Shown here: positions 28,953-38,886 of the stretch, piece by piece | Layout: each line of letters starts with the position of its first letter | Numbering within the stretch: the stretch's first letter is position 1 | Assembly: GCA_019058315.1 (NCBI GenBank) | Contig: JAHPZH010000007.1 | Span: forward strand, 96,001-160,000 | Reading direction: 5' to 3' | Source of the DNA: Candidatus Helarchaeota archaeon | Lineage (GTDB): Archaea > Asgardarchaeota > Lokiarchaeia > Helarchaeales > RDOG01 | DNA length: 64,000 nt | Program-made: the position numbers and the translations under genes | The notes under the pieces: model-generated | What the model saw: only the letters and a program-made list of their open reading frames with translations | Told to the model about the DNA's origin: nothing | The model's database searches: none

Positions 28953-30746
28953 ATGGCACAAGAAGAACCTAAAGAAGAAGAAGGAATAAAAGAAGAAAAA
29001 GTAACAGTAAAGGGGAAAGTTTTGATAAAAGCCAAAGCATATAAAGACATTGTACTACACGCTTCTAGGTTTTGTAATTCTAAAATTCCACGAAATAAGT
29101 GGAAAGAAGTGTATGGATTCTTAGTAGGCACACTACAAGATGAAAACGTAGTAGTTAACGAAGCTGTTCCTATGACCCATGGGGGGACCACAGAAGTTCA
29201 ATTTGAAGAGAGACATTATATTGAAGCTGCCGAATTGGATGGAAAACTTGCTGAAACAAGTCAAGATTTTATAATCGGTTGGTATCATAGTCATCCTGGT
29301 CTTGATTTATTTCTTTCATCGGTAGATGTTCAAAATCATATGGGCTTTCAAGGTCCAAATCCTAAATCAATCGCTTTAGTGTTTGATCCAACTAAACTTT
29401 TTGAAGGTCATCCAGGATTTGAAATTTTTAGAATTAATAAAATTGACTTAACGTCAGGATTTCATAAAGTTCCATGGACAATTTTGGATTTAGATGAAGA
29501 GTTTTTTGCTCGTTCTCTTTTCGAATTAAGTGAAAAAAGTGCCGCAAGAAGACCAGTAATTGAAGAGTATGGAGAACAAGTTACAGAAATTGAACCAATA
29601 AGTTCCACTGAAACTCTCACACCTTCTCAAATTATAAGTATTGAGTCCCAAACTCCTTTAGAAACCCCTAAACCAACCCCCTCTGATAGACCTTCATATG
29701 CACAACAAAAGCTAGAAAAAGCTTTTTCGGAGGCTGATAAAGGGCATTATAAAGAAGCTATAGATTTAGCAATAAGTTCAGGAGAGGAATATGAAAAGAA
29801 TAATCAAGTTGGTATGGCTACAGATGCATTTCAACAGATTGCTGGATTCCTCTACGAATTTTGGGAGAAAATTAATAAAGTTAGAAAAAATCTATTTACT
29901 CGCCAAAAAGTCCCGGAAGAAAAAGATGCCAAATTAATGATAGATTTTGCTAAATTACTTCATTCTACAAGTAAAAAAATAGAATTTGATAGGATTGGAT
30001 TAGAAACTGAAATCAAAGATTTAGATGGGAATATGATAAAAGTCTTAGATGAAAAAATTCAAATCGCTAATATTCTTTATGAATCATCAAATATTTACTC
30101 CATGTTAATTCAAGAGATTTCCTCAAAAAAGGATATTAAAAAACAAATTGACTTTTTAAAGAAGGCTACTTCTTGCTTAAGCACAGCCATTATTTTTGCA
30201 AGAGCTGTCGAAATTCAATCAGATTTAGCTCAAAGAATTTTTAATTTTAATAAAATTATGTACCAAATCCATCAAAATCAAGGAGAAATTCAAGAAATGT
30301 ATGGGGAAGAACAATTATTAAAAATTAATCATTTAGAAGCTGCAAAAATATTTATTGGAGGAGCAAAAGAATTAGAAGATAGTGCAAATTCTATATTAGA
30401 TCCTTCATTACAAGAGAGTTTAAAGGCTTATTCAGAAAAATTAGTAGGGAGATCTTTTTTTAGCTTGGCTGATCATCAAAATTATAACCAAAAGAAATAT
30501 TGTGCCGCTAATCCCTATTATATAAAAGCTAAAGAATATTTCAGTAAAGCTGCTAAAACATTTGCTTTAAAAAAATCCCAAGAGTTAGCAAATATAGAAG
30601 TTTATTTAAGGTTAGCAACTCAAAGGGAAGAAAAAACACGAGAAAAATGCATACAAAGTAAAGGAAAGTTAATAGACGTATTAAAAATAAAACCAACAGA
30701 ACCTAAAATCAAAGTTTCGAAGCCTGAACCTTTATTTTTTCCTTAA
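28953..30746 (+). CDS. MPN+/JAMM metalloprotease fused to a long alpha-helical C-terminal region
   Basis: EVYGFLVG and IIGWYHSHPGLDLFLSSVD (Rpn11/Csn5-like); Pro/Ser/Thr linker; about 350 aa helical region. Confidence 0.85.
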   Translation: MAQEEPKEEEGIKEEKVTVKGKVLIKAKAYKDIVLHASRFCNSKIPRNKWKEVYGFLVGTLQDENVVVNEAVPMTHGGTTEVQFEERHYIEAAELDGKLAETSQDFIIGWYHSHPGLDLFLSSVDVQNHMGFQGPNPKSIALVFDPTKLFEGHPGFEIFRINKIDLTSGFHKVPWTILDLDEEFFARSLFELSEKSAARRPVIEEYGEQVTEIEPISSTETLTPSQIISIESQTPLETPKPTPSDRPSYAQQKLEKAFSEADKGHYKEAIDLAISSGEEYEKNNQVGMATDAFQQIAGFLYEFWEKINKVRKNLFTRQKVPEEKDAKLMIDFAKLLHSTSKKIEFDRIGLETEIKDLDGNMIKVLDEKIQIANILYESSNIYSMLIQEISSKKDIKKQIDFLKKATSCLSTAIIFARAVEIQSDLAQRIFNFNKIMYQIHQNQGEIQEMYGEEQLLKINHLEAAKIFIGGAKELEDSANSILDPSLQESLKAYSEKLVGRSFFSLADHQNYNQKKYCAANPYYIKAKEYFSKAAKTFALKKSQELANIEVYLRLATQREEKTREKCIQSKGKLIDVLKIKPTEPKIKVSKPEPLFFP

Positions 30747-30761
30747 AAAAGTAAAAAGAAA

Positions 30762-31205
30762 TTAAGTTTCAGTTTTTTTACTAGAAGGAGTAAGTTCCCA
30801 TATTGGATTGTCACCTAGAAACCATACAAAAATCCACTGTAAAAACATTAACACATTGGTCCAAATACCAACCGCAGCACACATACCAGTAGCAATTATA
30901 ACCATGATATCTACAGGCCATATATTTAAATTATCATTTTTAATTGGATCGAAACATATCAGATAATATAGAAGGACTCCTGCAAGAACAACACAAAGTT
31001 CAATAATATCTCGTAATCTAATTGGGTTCCCCATAAATTCTCCTATTAAATCAGGATAACTTCCTAGAACATTTAGCGGTTCGTATATACGTGGTCCAAT
31101 AAAAAAAATATATAGATATGCAAGACCTAATGAAGTTGTCGGTGCAAACCAGTTGAATGCTTTTCTCAAACTATTAGCTGGTTCCCAAACAGCCATATTA
31201 TTCAC
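30762..31205 (-). CDS. Small membrane protein, unknown function
   Basis: Three to four hydrophobic segments; GGTGA SD. Confidence 0.65.
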   Translation of the reverse strand: MNNMAVWEPANSLRKAFNWFAPTTSLGLAYLYIFFIGPRIYEPLNVLGSYPDLIGEFMGNPIRLRDIIELCVVLAGVLLYYLICFDPIKNDNLNIWPVDIMVIIATGMCAAVGIWTNVLMFLQWIFVWFLGDNPIWELTPSSKKTET

Positions 31206-31283
31206 CTTTTTTAAGTTTATATAAAAAAAATATGGTTATAAAACCTTTAATATTATTATAAAGGAAATTTCTTTTTATTATAT

Positions 31284-31835
31284 TCACAAAAAAGTCTCTT
31301 TGATTATAGTATAAATAGGACCTTTTCTCGTCAGAACGCTTTTTTTTAACTGAAAAGATTTAATATCCATAGTTCCAAATTTAAAATCCTTAGATTCTGT
31401 TATTTTTTTTATTAACTGTTCTTTATTTTTTCCACTTCGAACTCGTCCTATTGTTGCATGCGGAGAATAATGACGCTCTTTTTTAAATCCTAATTTAACG
31501 AAATTTGGATTTAATTGATTGTATAATTGAATCATTTTATCAGCACCTTCACCAGCACCCACCCAAATTACTCTAGGAAATGAAAGCTTTGGAAAAACTC
31601 CAACTTTTTCTAAAGCTACTTTAAATGATTCTCCTTCCACTTTTTCCATAATATCAATAATTTTATCTATTATTGGCTTAGTAATATCTCCAAAAAATTT
31701 GAATGTAAAATGAATATTTTCCCTCTCTACAAATTTTATATTTGCAAATTTTAAATCATTTTGGAAATTGATTATTTTATCTAAAATAGCTTGATCTTTA
31801 ATTTCAATACACATAAAAGCTCTAATTTTTTCCAT
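31284..31835 (-). CDS. thpR: RNA 2',3'-cyclic phosphodiesterase (2H family)
   Basis: HFTFKF and PHAT 2H motifs, PRVIWVG. Confidence 0.92.
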   Translation of the reverse strand: MEKIRAFMCIEIKDQAILDKIINFQNDLKFANIKFVERENIHFTFKFFGDITKPIIDKIIDIMEKVEGESFKVALEKVGVFPKLSFPRVIWVGAGEGADKMIQLYNQLNPNFVKLGFKKERHYSPHATIGRVRSGKNKEQLIKKITESKDFKFGTMDIKSFQLKKSVLTRKGPIYTIIKETFL

Positions 31836-31892
31836 TTTAACTCAATAATATACTCAAAATTTTGGATTTTTTTATTAGCTATAAAAAATTAG

Positions 31893-32318
31893 TTAGTGAT
31901 GATGGTCATGATGTCCACAACTTCCTCCACAAGATGCTGTGCTCATTTCTGAAAGCATGCCACAAAGAAAATCTCTCAACGCTTCTCTTACCGTTCCCAA
32001 AGCTCCTGTATATAACTTTATTCCTTTATATTGAAATCTTGCAAATGGAGTTGGACCTATATTTGAAGTTATAAGATAGTCAACTTTTTGATCCAATATC
32101 AAATTAATAGGAGTATCACAAAGATGACCTTCAATTTCATCATTTTTAACAACGTTGATTTCACATTCTTCATCTTCGAAAAGATTTTTCTTTATTGTTC
32201 CAGATGGAGGCAATTTTTTATCAATTTCTATTATTGTATAATATTCAGAATGTCCAAAGTGTTCACAAACTTCTGAATCGAGCCCTTTTTTATCCATTGA
32301 TGGAATTGCAACTTTCAT
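31893..32318 (-). CDS. NifB/NifX-family metal-cluster binding protein
   Basis: MKVAIP, EHFGHS, IGP; C-terminal CGGSCGHHDHHH. Confidence 0.88.
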   Translation of the reverse strand: MKVAIPSMDKKGLDSEVCEHFGHSEYYTIIEIDKKLPPSGTIKKNLFEDEECEINVVKNDEIEGHLCDTPINLILDQKVDYLITSNIGPTPFARFQYKGIKLYTGALGTVREALRDFLCGMLSEMSTASCGGSCGHHDHHH

Positions 32319-32454
32319 TAAATTTACACCTTTAATGTGTAAAAATAAACTTAAAATAAAAATTCTTTTTTCTTCCTTTAGAAAAAAAAATATATAAATT
32401 ATTGTTTATTCACTTTAAAGAATTTAAAAATACAACTGAACTGGTATGTAAATT

Positions 32455-33594
32455 TTGACCGGAAAAAAAAGAAAACTTAGACATTTGTCAATAAAACCAG
32501 AGGATTCAAAATCGTTAGATATTGAAGTTGAAGAGTCTGAATCCATTCCAAATTTAAAGAAAGTTGTATTAAAACCCATTGGTTATCCTCTAACTACCGT
32601 TGGGGAATCAGATTCACCTATTTTAAAAACCAATCACCATGAATTATTTCAAGCTTATGCATTGGAAATGTGGCTAGGGCAAATAGCTACGGTAGGTACG
32701 TATTTGTTCGATCAATATCTTTTCCCTGACTTTGCGTTCCAAGTAGTCAAAACTCAGCCTAAAATATCAGGAAAAATATCTTTATCAACGAAAATTAAAC
32801 TTCTAGAATCAATTCCACCAATAAAAAAAATTGAAGAAAAAATTAGTTTTGATGATATTATTGGCAACGAAGAAGCTAAAAGGAAATGTAAGGTCATTAT
32901 GAAATATTTGGATGATCCTGATTTATTCTTAGATTGGATTCCAAGAAATATTCTGTTTTATGGACCACCAGGAACAGGTAAAACAATGACTGCAAAGGCT
33001 TTAGCTACAACATGTAAAATACCCATATTTTTAACTAAAGCTACTGAGTTAGTGGGTATTCATGTCGGAGATGGGGCAAGAAGAGTACATAAGTTGTATT
33101 CAGATGCATCTAAAGGTGGTATTATTTTTATAGATGAATTAGATGCGATAGGATTAGATAGACGATATCAGGCTATTAGAGGAGATGTAACTGAAGTAGT
33201 AAATGCATTATTATCTGAGATGGATGGGTTAGATCCAAATTCAGGCATTGTTACTATTGGTGCAACTAATTCTTTATTTTTGTTAGATCCCTCCTTGGTA
33301 AATAGATTTGAATCTCAAATTAAATTTAACATATTTAATGATGAGGAACGCCTTCAATTTTTTGAAAAATATATTAAAAAATTACCTCTTCCGTTAGAAT
33401 ATGACTTAAAAAAATTATCAGATAAAACCAAGGGGATGACAGGCCGGGAATTGAAAGAAAAGGTTTTAAAAAATGCTTTACATCTAGCCATTCTTGATAA
33501 TTCTAAAATTATTCATTCTCATTTTGTAGATAAAGTTCTAAATGACTTTCAAAATGATAAAGATCCTGAAAAAATTAAAAAAATTTATTTGTAA
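32455..33594 (+). CDS. Archaeal AAA+ ATPase (COG1223-like)
   Basis: YLFDQYLFPDFAF N-domain, GPPGTGKT, FIDELDAIGLDRRYQ, GATN. Confidence 0.88.
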   Translation: MTGKKRKLRHLSIKPEDSKSLDIEVEESESIPNLKKVVLKPIGYPLTTVGESDSPILKTNHHELFQAYALEMWLGQIATVGTYLFDQYLFPDFAFQVVKTQPKISGKISLSTKIKLLESIPPIKKIEEKISFDDIIGNEEAKRKCKVIMKYLDDPDLFLDWIPRNILFYGPPGTGKTMTAKALATTCKIPIFLTKATELVGIHVGDGARRVHKLYSDASKGGIIFIDELDAIGLDRRYQAIRGDVTEVVNALLSEMDGLDPNSGIVTIGATNSLFLLDPSLVNRFESQIKFNIFNDEERLQFFEKYIKKLPLPLEYDLKKLSDKTKGMTGRELKEKVLKNALHLAILDNSKIIHSHFVDKVLNDFQNDKDPEKIKKIYL

Positions 33595-33621
33595 TTTTAT
33601 TTTTAATGAACGGGGATTGTC

Positions 33622-34167
33622 TTGATAACAAAAGCCTACGGTATTGTAGGGATGCCTGGATCAGGAAAATCTGAAATTGTTAAAGTTGGTAAAGAAATGA
33701 ATATCCCTATAGTGGTAATGGGAGACGCTATTAGAGATGATTTAACTGAAAAAGGAATAGAAATAACTCCAGAAAATATGGGTAAATATGCCCTTAAGAT
33801 CCGGAAAGAAAACGGAATGGATGTTGTAGCTAAAAAGACTTTTAAAAAGATTTCAAATAAATCCATTAACAAATTAATAATCGAAGGTTTGAGAAATTAC
33901 GAGGAAGTAGAATATTTCAAATCTCATATTGAAAATTTTTTTATTATAGCAGTCCATGCATCTCCTAAAACACGATTTGTTCGTTTACAGAAACGAAAAC
34001 GTGAAGATGATTCTATAAAATGGGAAGTTTTTCTTGATCGAGACAAAAGGGAGATTAATTTTGGTATTTCTAAGCTCATCGCTCTTGCAGATTTTATGAT
34101 AATAAATGAGGGAGAATTAAATCTAGCTCAAGAAAAATTTAAAGAAATCTTACAAGGTCAAGATTAA
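33622..34167 (+). CDS. UPF0200 dephospho-CoA kinase-like P-loop protein
   Basis: VGMPGSGKS, MGDAIR, GLR..EV, RDKREINFG. Confidence 0.85.
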   Translation: MITKAYGIVGMPGSGKSEIVKVGKEMNIPIVVMGDAIRDDLTEKGIEITPENMGKYALKIRKENGMDVVAKKTFKKISNKSINKLIIEGLRNYEEVEYFKSHIENFFIIAVHASPKTRFVRLQKRKREDDSIKWEVFLDRDKREINFGISKLIALADFMIINEGELNLAQEKFKEILQGQD

Positions 34168-34198
34168 AGTAAATATACCAAAATGAAAAAAATTTTAT

Positions 34199-35272
34199 TT
34201 ATTCTGACATTGGATAAGAACCAAAGATTCTAATCATATTAGTATATTTTTTTAATTCTTCTAAAGCTTCATTGCAAATTTTATTGTCTCTATGCCCCTC
34301 AAAATCTGTGAAAAAGAAGTATTCCCATGGAGTTGTTTTAGAAGGTCTGCTTTCTAATTTAGTAAGATTTATATTCCTTTCAGCAAAGACTTTAAGAGCT
34401 TTAACTAATGCTCCAGGAACGTGTTTTACCGAAAATGCTATAGACGTCTTATCTTTTCCAGTTTCTGGTACTTGAGACTTTCCAATAACAAAGAAACGAG
34501 TATAATTGTTTGGTGCGTCTTCTATTCCTTTGCGCATAATTTTCAAATCATAAATCTTTCCTGCTAATTCAGAACCGATAGCAGCAGCATTTTTTAGTTT
34601 ACTTACTGTTTCAGCTGCATTTGCAGTACTTTTAGTTGTAATCAGTTCTGCGTGTGATAAATTCTCCTCTAAATAGTTTCTACACTGCGAAAATGGCTGT
34701 GGATGGCTATATAATTGGTGAATATCTTTGAATTCGATTGTTTCAGGAGCTATCAAACAAAGAGAAATTCTTTCTATTATTTCACCGCAAACTATAATAT
34801 CTGACTCTAAAATTAAGTCTAAAGTCAATCCAATTGAACCTGTGGTTGAGTTTTCAATAGGAACTACACCATAATCAGATTCTCCAACTCTAACAGATCT
34901 AAAAATGTCAGAAATACTTTTTAACGGAACAAAATTACAGCTAGGTGAAAAATACCTTTGGGCTGCTTGTTCAGAAAAAGTCCCTCTAGGACCTAAGAAA
35001 GCTATTTTATAAGAACAATCTTGAATAATACGGCTAACTGATAAAATTTTTTCAAAAATTTTCCTAATTTCTTGAAATTGGGCACTTTTAAATTTTAATT
35101 TAGATAATTTTTCAAAGATTTTATTTTCTCTCTCTTTATCTATTATTGGGATTTGATTTTTCTTCTTAATGTTACCAATTTCTTTTACTAAAGCTACCCT
35201 TTCATCTAATAAATGAGCAATTTCTTCATTTATTTCATCAATTTTTTTCCTAGCTTTATTTAATTCTTCCAT
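34199..35272 (-). CDS. pheA: Chorismate mutase/prephenate dehydratase
   Basis: CM domain, FLGPRGTFSE, VPIENST, NYTRF, ACT domain ESRP. Confidence 0.95.
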   Translation of the reverse strand: MEELNKARKKIDEINEEIAHLLDERVALVKEIGNIKKKNQIPIIDKERENKIFEKLSKLKFKSAQFQEIRKIFEKILSVSRIIQDCSYKIAFLGPRGTFSEQAAQRYFSPSCNFVPLKSISDIFRSVRVGESDYGVVPIENSTTGSIGLTLDLILESDIIVCGEIIERISLCLIAPETIEFKDIHQLYSHPQPFSQCRNYLEENLSHAELITTKSTANAAETVSKLKNAAAIGSELAGKIYDLKIMRKGIEDAPNNYTRFFVIGKSQVPETGKDKTSIAFSVKHVPGALVKALKVFAERNINLTKLESRPSKTTPWEYFFFTDFEGHRDNKICNEALEELKKYTNMIRIFGSYPMSE

Positions 35273-35347
35273 TTAATTCCCTAATTAAAAATAATTAAAA
35301 ACTATATCCTTTTTGGAAGTGATTATTTAAAAATTTTTATTAAGAAA

Positions 35348-36064
35348 TTATATACCTTCTTGTAATTCTAATTTTGACATGCATCGAGGACATTTTTCAC
35401 CTGCAGCTTTTACCCACTCCATTATATGAGATCTATGGGCTGCTGATTTACAGTATTTACAACGAACTAATTCAGGGTCGTCGAACATCACCATTTGATG
35501 ACAAATAACACATTTTAATTGTCTTTTTTCTTGTTCAAAAGGTAAGCAGACTAATTCTTTCTTTAATTCATCATATTCACCGATAAGATCTCCATCAAAC
35601 ACGGCATTTTCAAGGATCTTTTCAACTGTTGAATTATCAATACCCAATTCCTTTGCGATCTTTTCTACAGAAACTCTATCAAACTCGCCAGTATTAGTTA
35701 CGCACCAATGTAAAACTCTATCTCTACTATTCATTAGAGCGGTGATAGGAATTTTTGTTGAATAACTTTCCATGGCTTGAAGTGCTCTACTAACATGCAT
35801 ATCAATAAAAGGATCCTCAAATAAATGACCATTAATTAGAAGAGCTACTGCATTAATTACATCATTTCCATTTGATTTTTCAATAACTTCAGTTAGAAAT
35901 TCATACATATCTCTAATAATTTCAGTATCGATGCCATCCATTTCTAAAATATAATATAATTCATTGATAGCTCCCTCATAATCAGAAATAGATACCATAT
36001 CTTTAGCTTTTTTTATTATTGCCTTTGCTTTCTTGTTCATTGATATAATGTCTAATTTAATCAC
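35348..36064 (-). CDS. Helical + PCI-like winged helix + RING-variant finger protein
   Basis: VSVEKIAKELGI..VEKILENAVFDGDLIGEYD; CVIC..CKYC..HRSH..W..CPRC; start may be ATG 36040. Confidence 0.75.
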   Translation of the reverse strand: MIKLDIISMNKKAKAIIKKAKDMVSISDYEGAINELYYILEMDGIDTEIIRDMYEFLTEVIEKSNGNDVINAVALLINGHLFEDPFIDMHVSRALQAMESYSTKIPITALMNSRDRVLHWCVTNTGEFDRVSVEKIAKELGIDNSTVEKILENAVFDGDLIGEYDELKKELVCLPFEQEKRQLKCVICHQMVMFDDPELVRCKYCKSAAHRSHIMEWVKAAGEKCPRCMSKLELQEGI

Positions 36065-36215
36065 CCGTTTGAAAAAAAAACCAATTTTTTAAAAATAAAT
36101 ATTTCCTTTTTTCTTTTCATTCAAATGAGTTAATTTAAAGTTAAAACTAGGTTAAATATAACTCAATAATTTTTGGTTTATTCATTACAGAAAAACAAAA
36201 TGAGGAGTAATTATT

Positions 36216-36965
36216 TTGATTCAAATAATAGGAATAAAAGGGATTCCGATTATAAAACCCGGAGATAAAATAGCTGAAATTATATTTAATTCTATACAGA
36301 ATCAATCGCCTCTTGAAAATAAGGATATAATTGTTATTGCACAATCAATTATTTCTCGTGCTGAAGGAAGGGTTGTTAATTGGACAGAAATTGATCCAAC
36401 TCCTGAAGCAATTAAGCTAGGTAAAGAATTAGATAAAGATCCTAGAATAGTATCTCTTATTTTAAATGAATCAGTTTCAATATCTAGAAAAGGCCAAGGA
36501 AAGTTAATTGTTGAATTAAAATCTGGAATAATCTGTGCTAATGCTGGGATAGATCGTTCAAACTCCGGGGGAAATGATTTAGTTACTCTATTACCAGAGG
36601 ATCCTGATAAAAGTGCCCAACAAATTAGAGAAAAGATTAAAGAATTCTCCGGTTTAGATATTGGTGTAATTATTTCTGATACTCATGGGCGACCGTTTAG
36701 GAATGGAGCAATAAATATTGCGCTTGGAATCTCTGGATTTGAAAATGGATTATTGAGTTATGCGGGAAAAAAAGATTTATTTAATTATGAATTAGAATCA
36801 TCAATAGTTAATGTTGTTGATGAATTAGCAAGTGCTGCAGAATTAGTTATGGGAGAATCCGATGAAGCTATTCCTGTAGTGCTAATTCGAGGTTATAAAT
36901 TCAATATTGGTAATGATCGTTCTAAATCATTGATTAGAGAAAAAGAATCCGATTTATTTAGGTAA
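36216..36965 (+). CDS. cofE: Coenzyme F420-0:L-glutamate ligase
   Basis: IISRAEG, ANAGIDRSN, LLPEDPD, SDTHGRPFR, DELASAA. Confidence 0.93.
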   Translation: MIQIIGIKGIPIIKPGDKIAEIIFNSIQNQSPLENKDIIVIAQSIISRAEGRVVNWTEIDPTPEAIKLGKELDKDPRIVSLILNESVSISRKGQGKLIVELKSGIICANAGIDRSNSGGNDLVTLLPEDPDKSAQQIREKIKEFSGLDIGVIISDTHGRPFRNGAINIALGISGFENGLLSYAGKKDLFNYELESSIVNVVDELASAAELVMGESDEAIPVVLIRGYKFNIGNDRSKSLIREKESDLFR

Positions 36966-36990
36966 TTAATCATTTAATAAAATTTACAAG

Positions 36991-37431
36991 ATGATTATCA
37001 TGGAAAAAGCAAAAAAATTAAAAAAATATCCTAAAATTACAGTAGACGCGATAATTATGGTTGATAAAGAGTCAATTGTTTTAATAAAAAGAAAAAATCA
37101 ACCCTATAAAGACTGCTGGGCAATCCCAGGTGGCTTTGTGGAATTAGGAGAAACTCTTGAGAATGCGGTTATGCGAGAGGCTAAAGAGGAAACTGGTTTG
37201 GATATTAAACCTATAAAAATTTTGAATATTTATTCAGATCCTAACCGAGATCCAAGAGGTCATACCATAACTGCCGCTTTTATTTGTGAAAAAATTGGGG
37301 GCACTTTAAAAGCAAATTCAGATGCAAAAGACATAAGAATTATCAAGATTAATTCAATAGAAACAATTAAACTAGCTTTTGATCATGATAAAATTCTAGT
37401 TGATTTTAATGAATTTTTAAAGGAGGAATAA
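36991..37431 (+). CDS. Nudix hydrolase (ADP-ribose pyrophosphatase-like)
   Basis: GGFVELGETLENAVMREAKEETG, RDPRGH, LAFDH. Confidence 0.92.
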   Translation: MIIMEKAKKLKKYPKITVDAIIMVDKESIVLIKRKNQPYKDCWAIPGGFVELGETLENAVMREAKEETGLDIKPIKILNIYSDPNRDPRGHTITAAFICEKIGGTLKANSDAKDIRIIKINSIETIKLAFDHDKILVDFNEFLKEE

Positions 37432-37433
37432 TT

Positions 37434-38150
37434 TTGGAAGAAGATTTTGATATAAGAGGTCATATTGAACCAATAGAAGAAAGAATTATTAAAAAATTTT
37501 ATATATGTAAAGTAACTTGTGATAAATATGCTGCTAAAACAAAAATGGAGGAAAAAAGACTTAAAAGCATCAAAACTATGCCGAGTGGGGAAAAATCTAC
37601 AAAGGGAATAGAATTTAACACAAAATATATTCCATATTTCTATCTTGAGGGGAATTACACTATAGATTACTTAAGACGTAATAAATACACGCTAAAAATT
37701 GATCCTGAAGTCAAGGCAATCAAAATTGAAGATAGTGAAAGTATTGTTAATTTAGAAAAAATGGTTAGAGTCAAATCTAATGAACTGGAACTGAATATAA
37801 TTGAGAAATTAAAATTCGAGAATAATGGCGAAATAACGTTAGATAAAGATATGAATTCAATCCAGAAAAAAACTATCCCTTATTATAATGAAATTGATGA
37901 AAATACATATAATGAATACGAATCAAATAAAGAAATTGAAGAATCAAAATATCCACATAATTATTTTATAGAAAAATTAAAAGAACTAATTATTAAACGT
38001 CCAAACGATACTGTTAGAACATTAAAAGAAATTTTTGAAGCAAATTTGAACATTATATTAAGACCAAATTATGAAGGAATATTTGAGTACAAAGGTAAAA
38101 TTGTTAAAATGATCGTAGATGGTGTTACAGGTAAAACTAAAATGGAATAG
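37434..38150 (+). CDS. Hypothetical protein
   Basis: Long ORF, GGAGG SD, C-terminal VDGVTGK. Confidence 0.65.
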   Translation: MEEDFDIRGHIEPIEERIIKKFYICKVTCDKYAAKTKMEEKRLKSIKTMPSGEKSTKGIEFNTKYIPYFYLEGNYTIDYLRRNKYTLKIDPEVKAIKIEDSESIVNLEKMVRVKSNELELNIIEKLKFENNGEITLDKDMNSIQKKTIPYYNEIDENTYNEYESNKEIEESKYPHNYFIEKLKELIIKRPNDTVRTLKEIFEANLNIILRPNYEGIFEYKGKIVKMIVDGVTGKTKME

Positions 38151-38262
38151 TTATACTATAATTAAAATTTATTTTCATTCCTAAAAAACAAAATTAAAAT
38201 AGGTTTAAGAAATATCATAAAAGTATCATTAATCAATTGAATTATTCTAAATGGTGTTTTAG

Positions 38263-38874
38263 ATGAAAATTAGAATTTTTTTGAAATCATTTAAATTAGC
38301 ATGGCGAACTGGGAAACGTTTTGTAATATTCGTCGCAGTTTATATGTTCTTAATAATTTTTACTTCATATATGCTTATACAACTATGGGGACCATCAATA
38401 CAGGCAATAGAGAATCCGTTTGAGCGATTGGGTAACCAAATTGTATTTGATATGGAATTTTTTACCCCAAAAGGTCCACTTATCATAGGTTTTACTTTAA
38501 TAGTTGTTGGAACAATTATAGTAGCTACTTTTTACGGTTTTATTGTGTCCGGTTACAGGAAAAGAGAAGTTGCAACATTAAGGACTATTGGTTGGGATGC
38601 GGGTTCTATTCGAACATTATTTTTAGGAGAATTACTTCTAGTTTACCTTGTAGCTTTTTTAATGGTTATTGAAATAGTTTTTCATATACTAGGTGTTAGT
38701 CACTATTTTCTAAAAACCACGGATGTTCCAGGTTTACGAGGAATTATAATTCCCGGTGAAGTATTAGCCACAACCTTTTTAATGATCTTGGGTTGTCAAG
38801 TTTTTGGGACATTTGTTGGATATCGTCGTATGCTTAGGGTAAGCCCAATGGATGCGATGCGTAAAGCAGTATAA
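38263..38874 (+). CDS. FtsX/MacB-like ABC permease (short)
   Basis: RKREVATLRTIGW..LFLGE and SPMDAMR. Confidence 0.85.
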   Translation: MKIRIFLKSFKLAWRTGKRFVIFVAVYMFLIIFTSYMLIQLWGPSIQAIENPFERLGNQIVFDMEFFTPKGPLIIGFTLIVVGTIIVATFYGFIVSGYRKREVATLRTIGWDAGSIRTLFLGELLLVYLVAFLMVIEIVFHILGVSHYFLKTTDVPGLRGIIIPGEVLATTFLMILGCQVFGTFVGYRRMLRVSPMDAMRKAV

Positions 38875-38886
38875 GGAGATGGATGA

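Noticed and set aside
28953-36064. MPN, AAA ATPase and PCI-RING as one proto-proteasome-lid operon
   Set aside because: Different strands, interleaved with unrelated genes, and the AAA is COG1223-like rather than PAN; reported separately.
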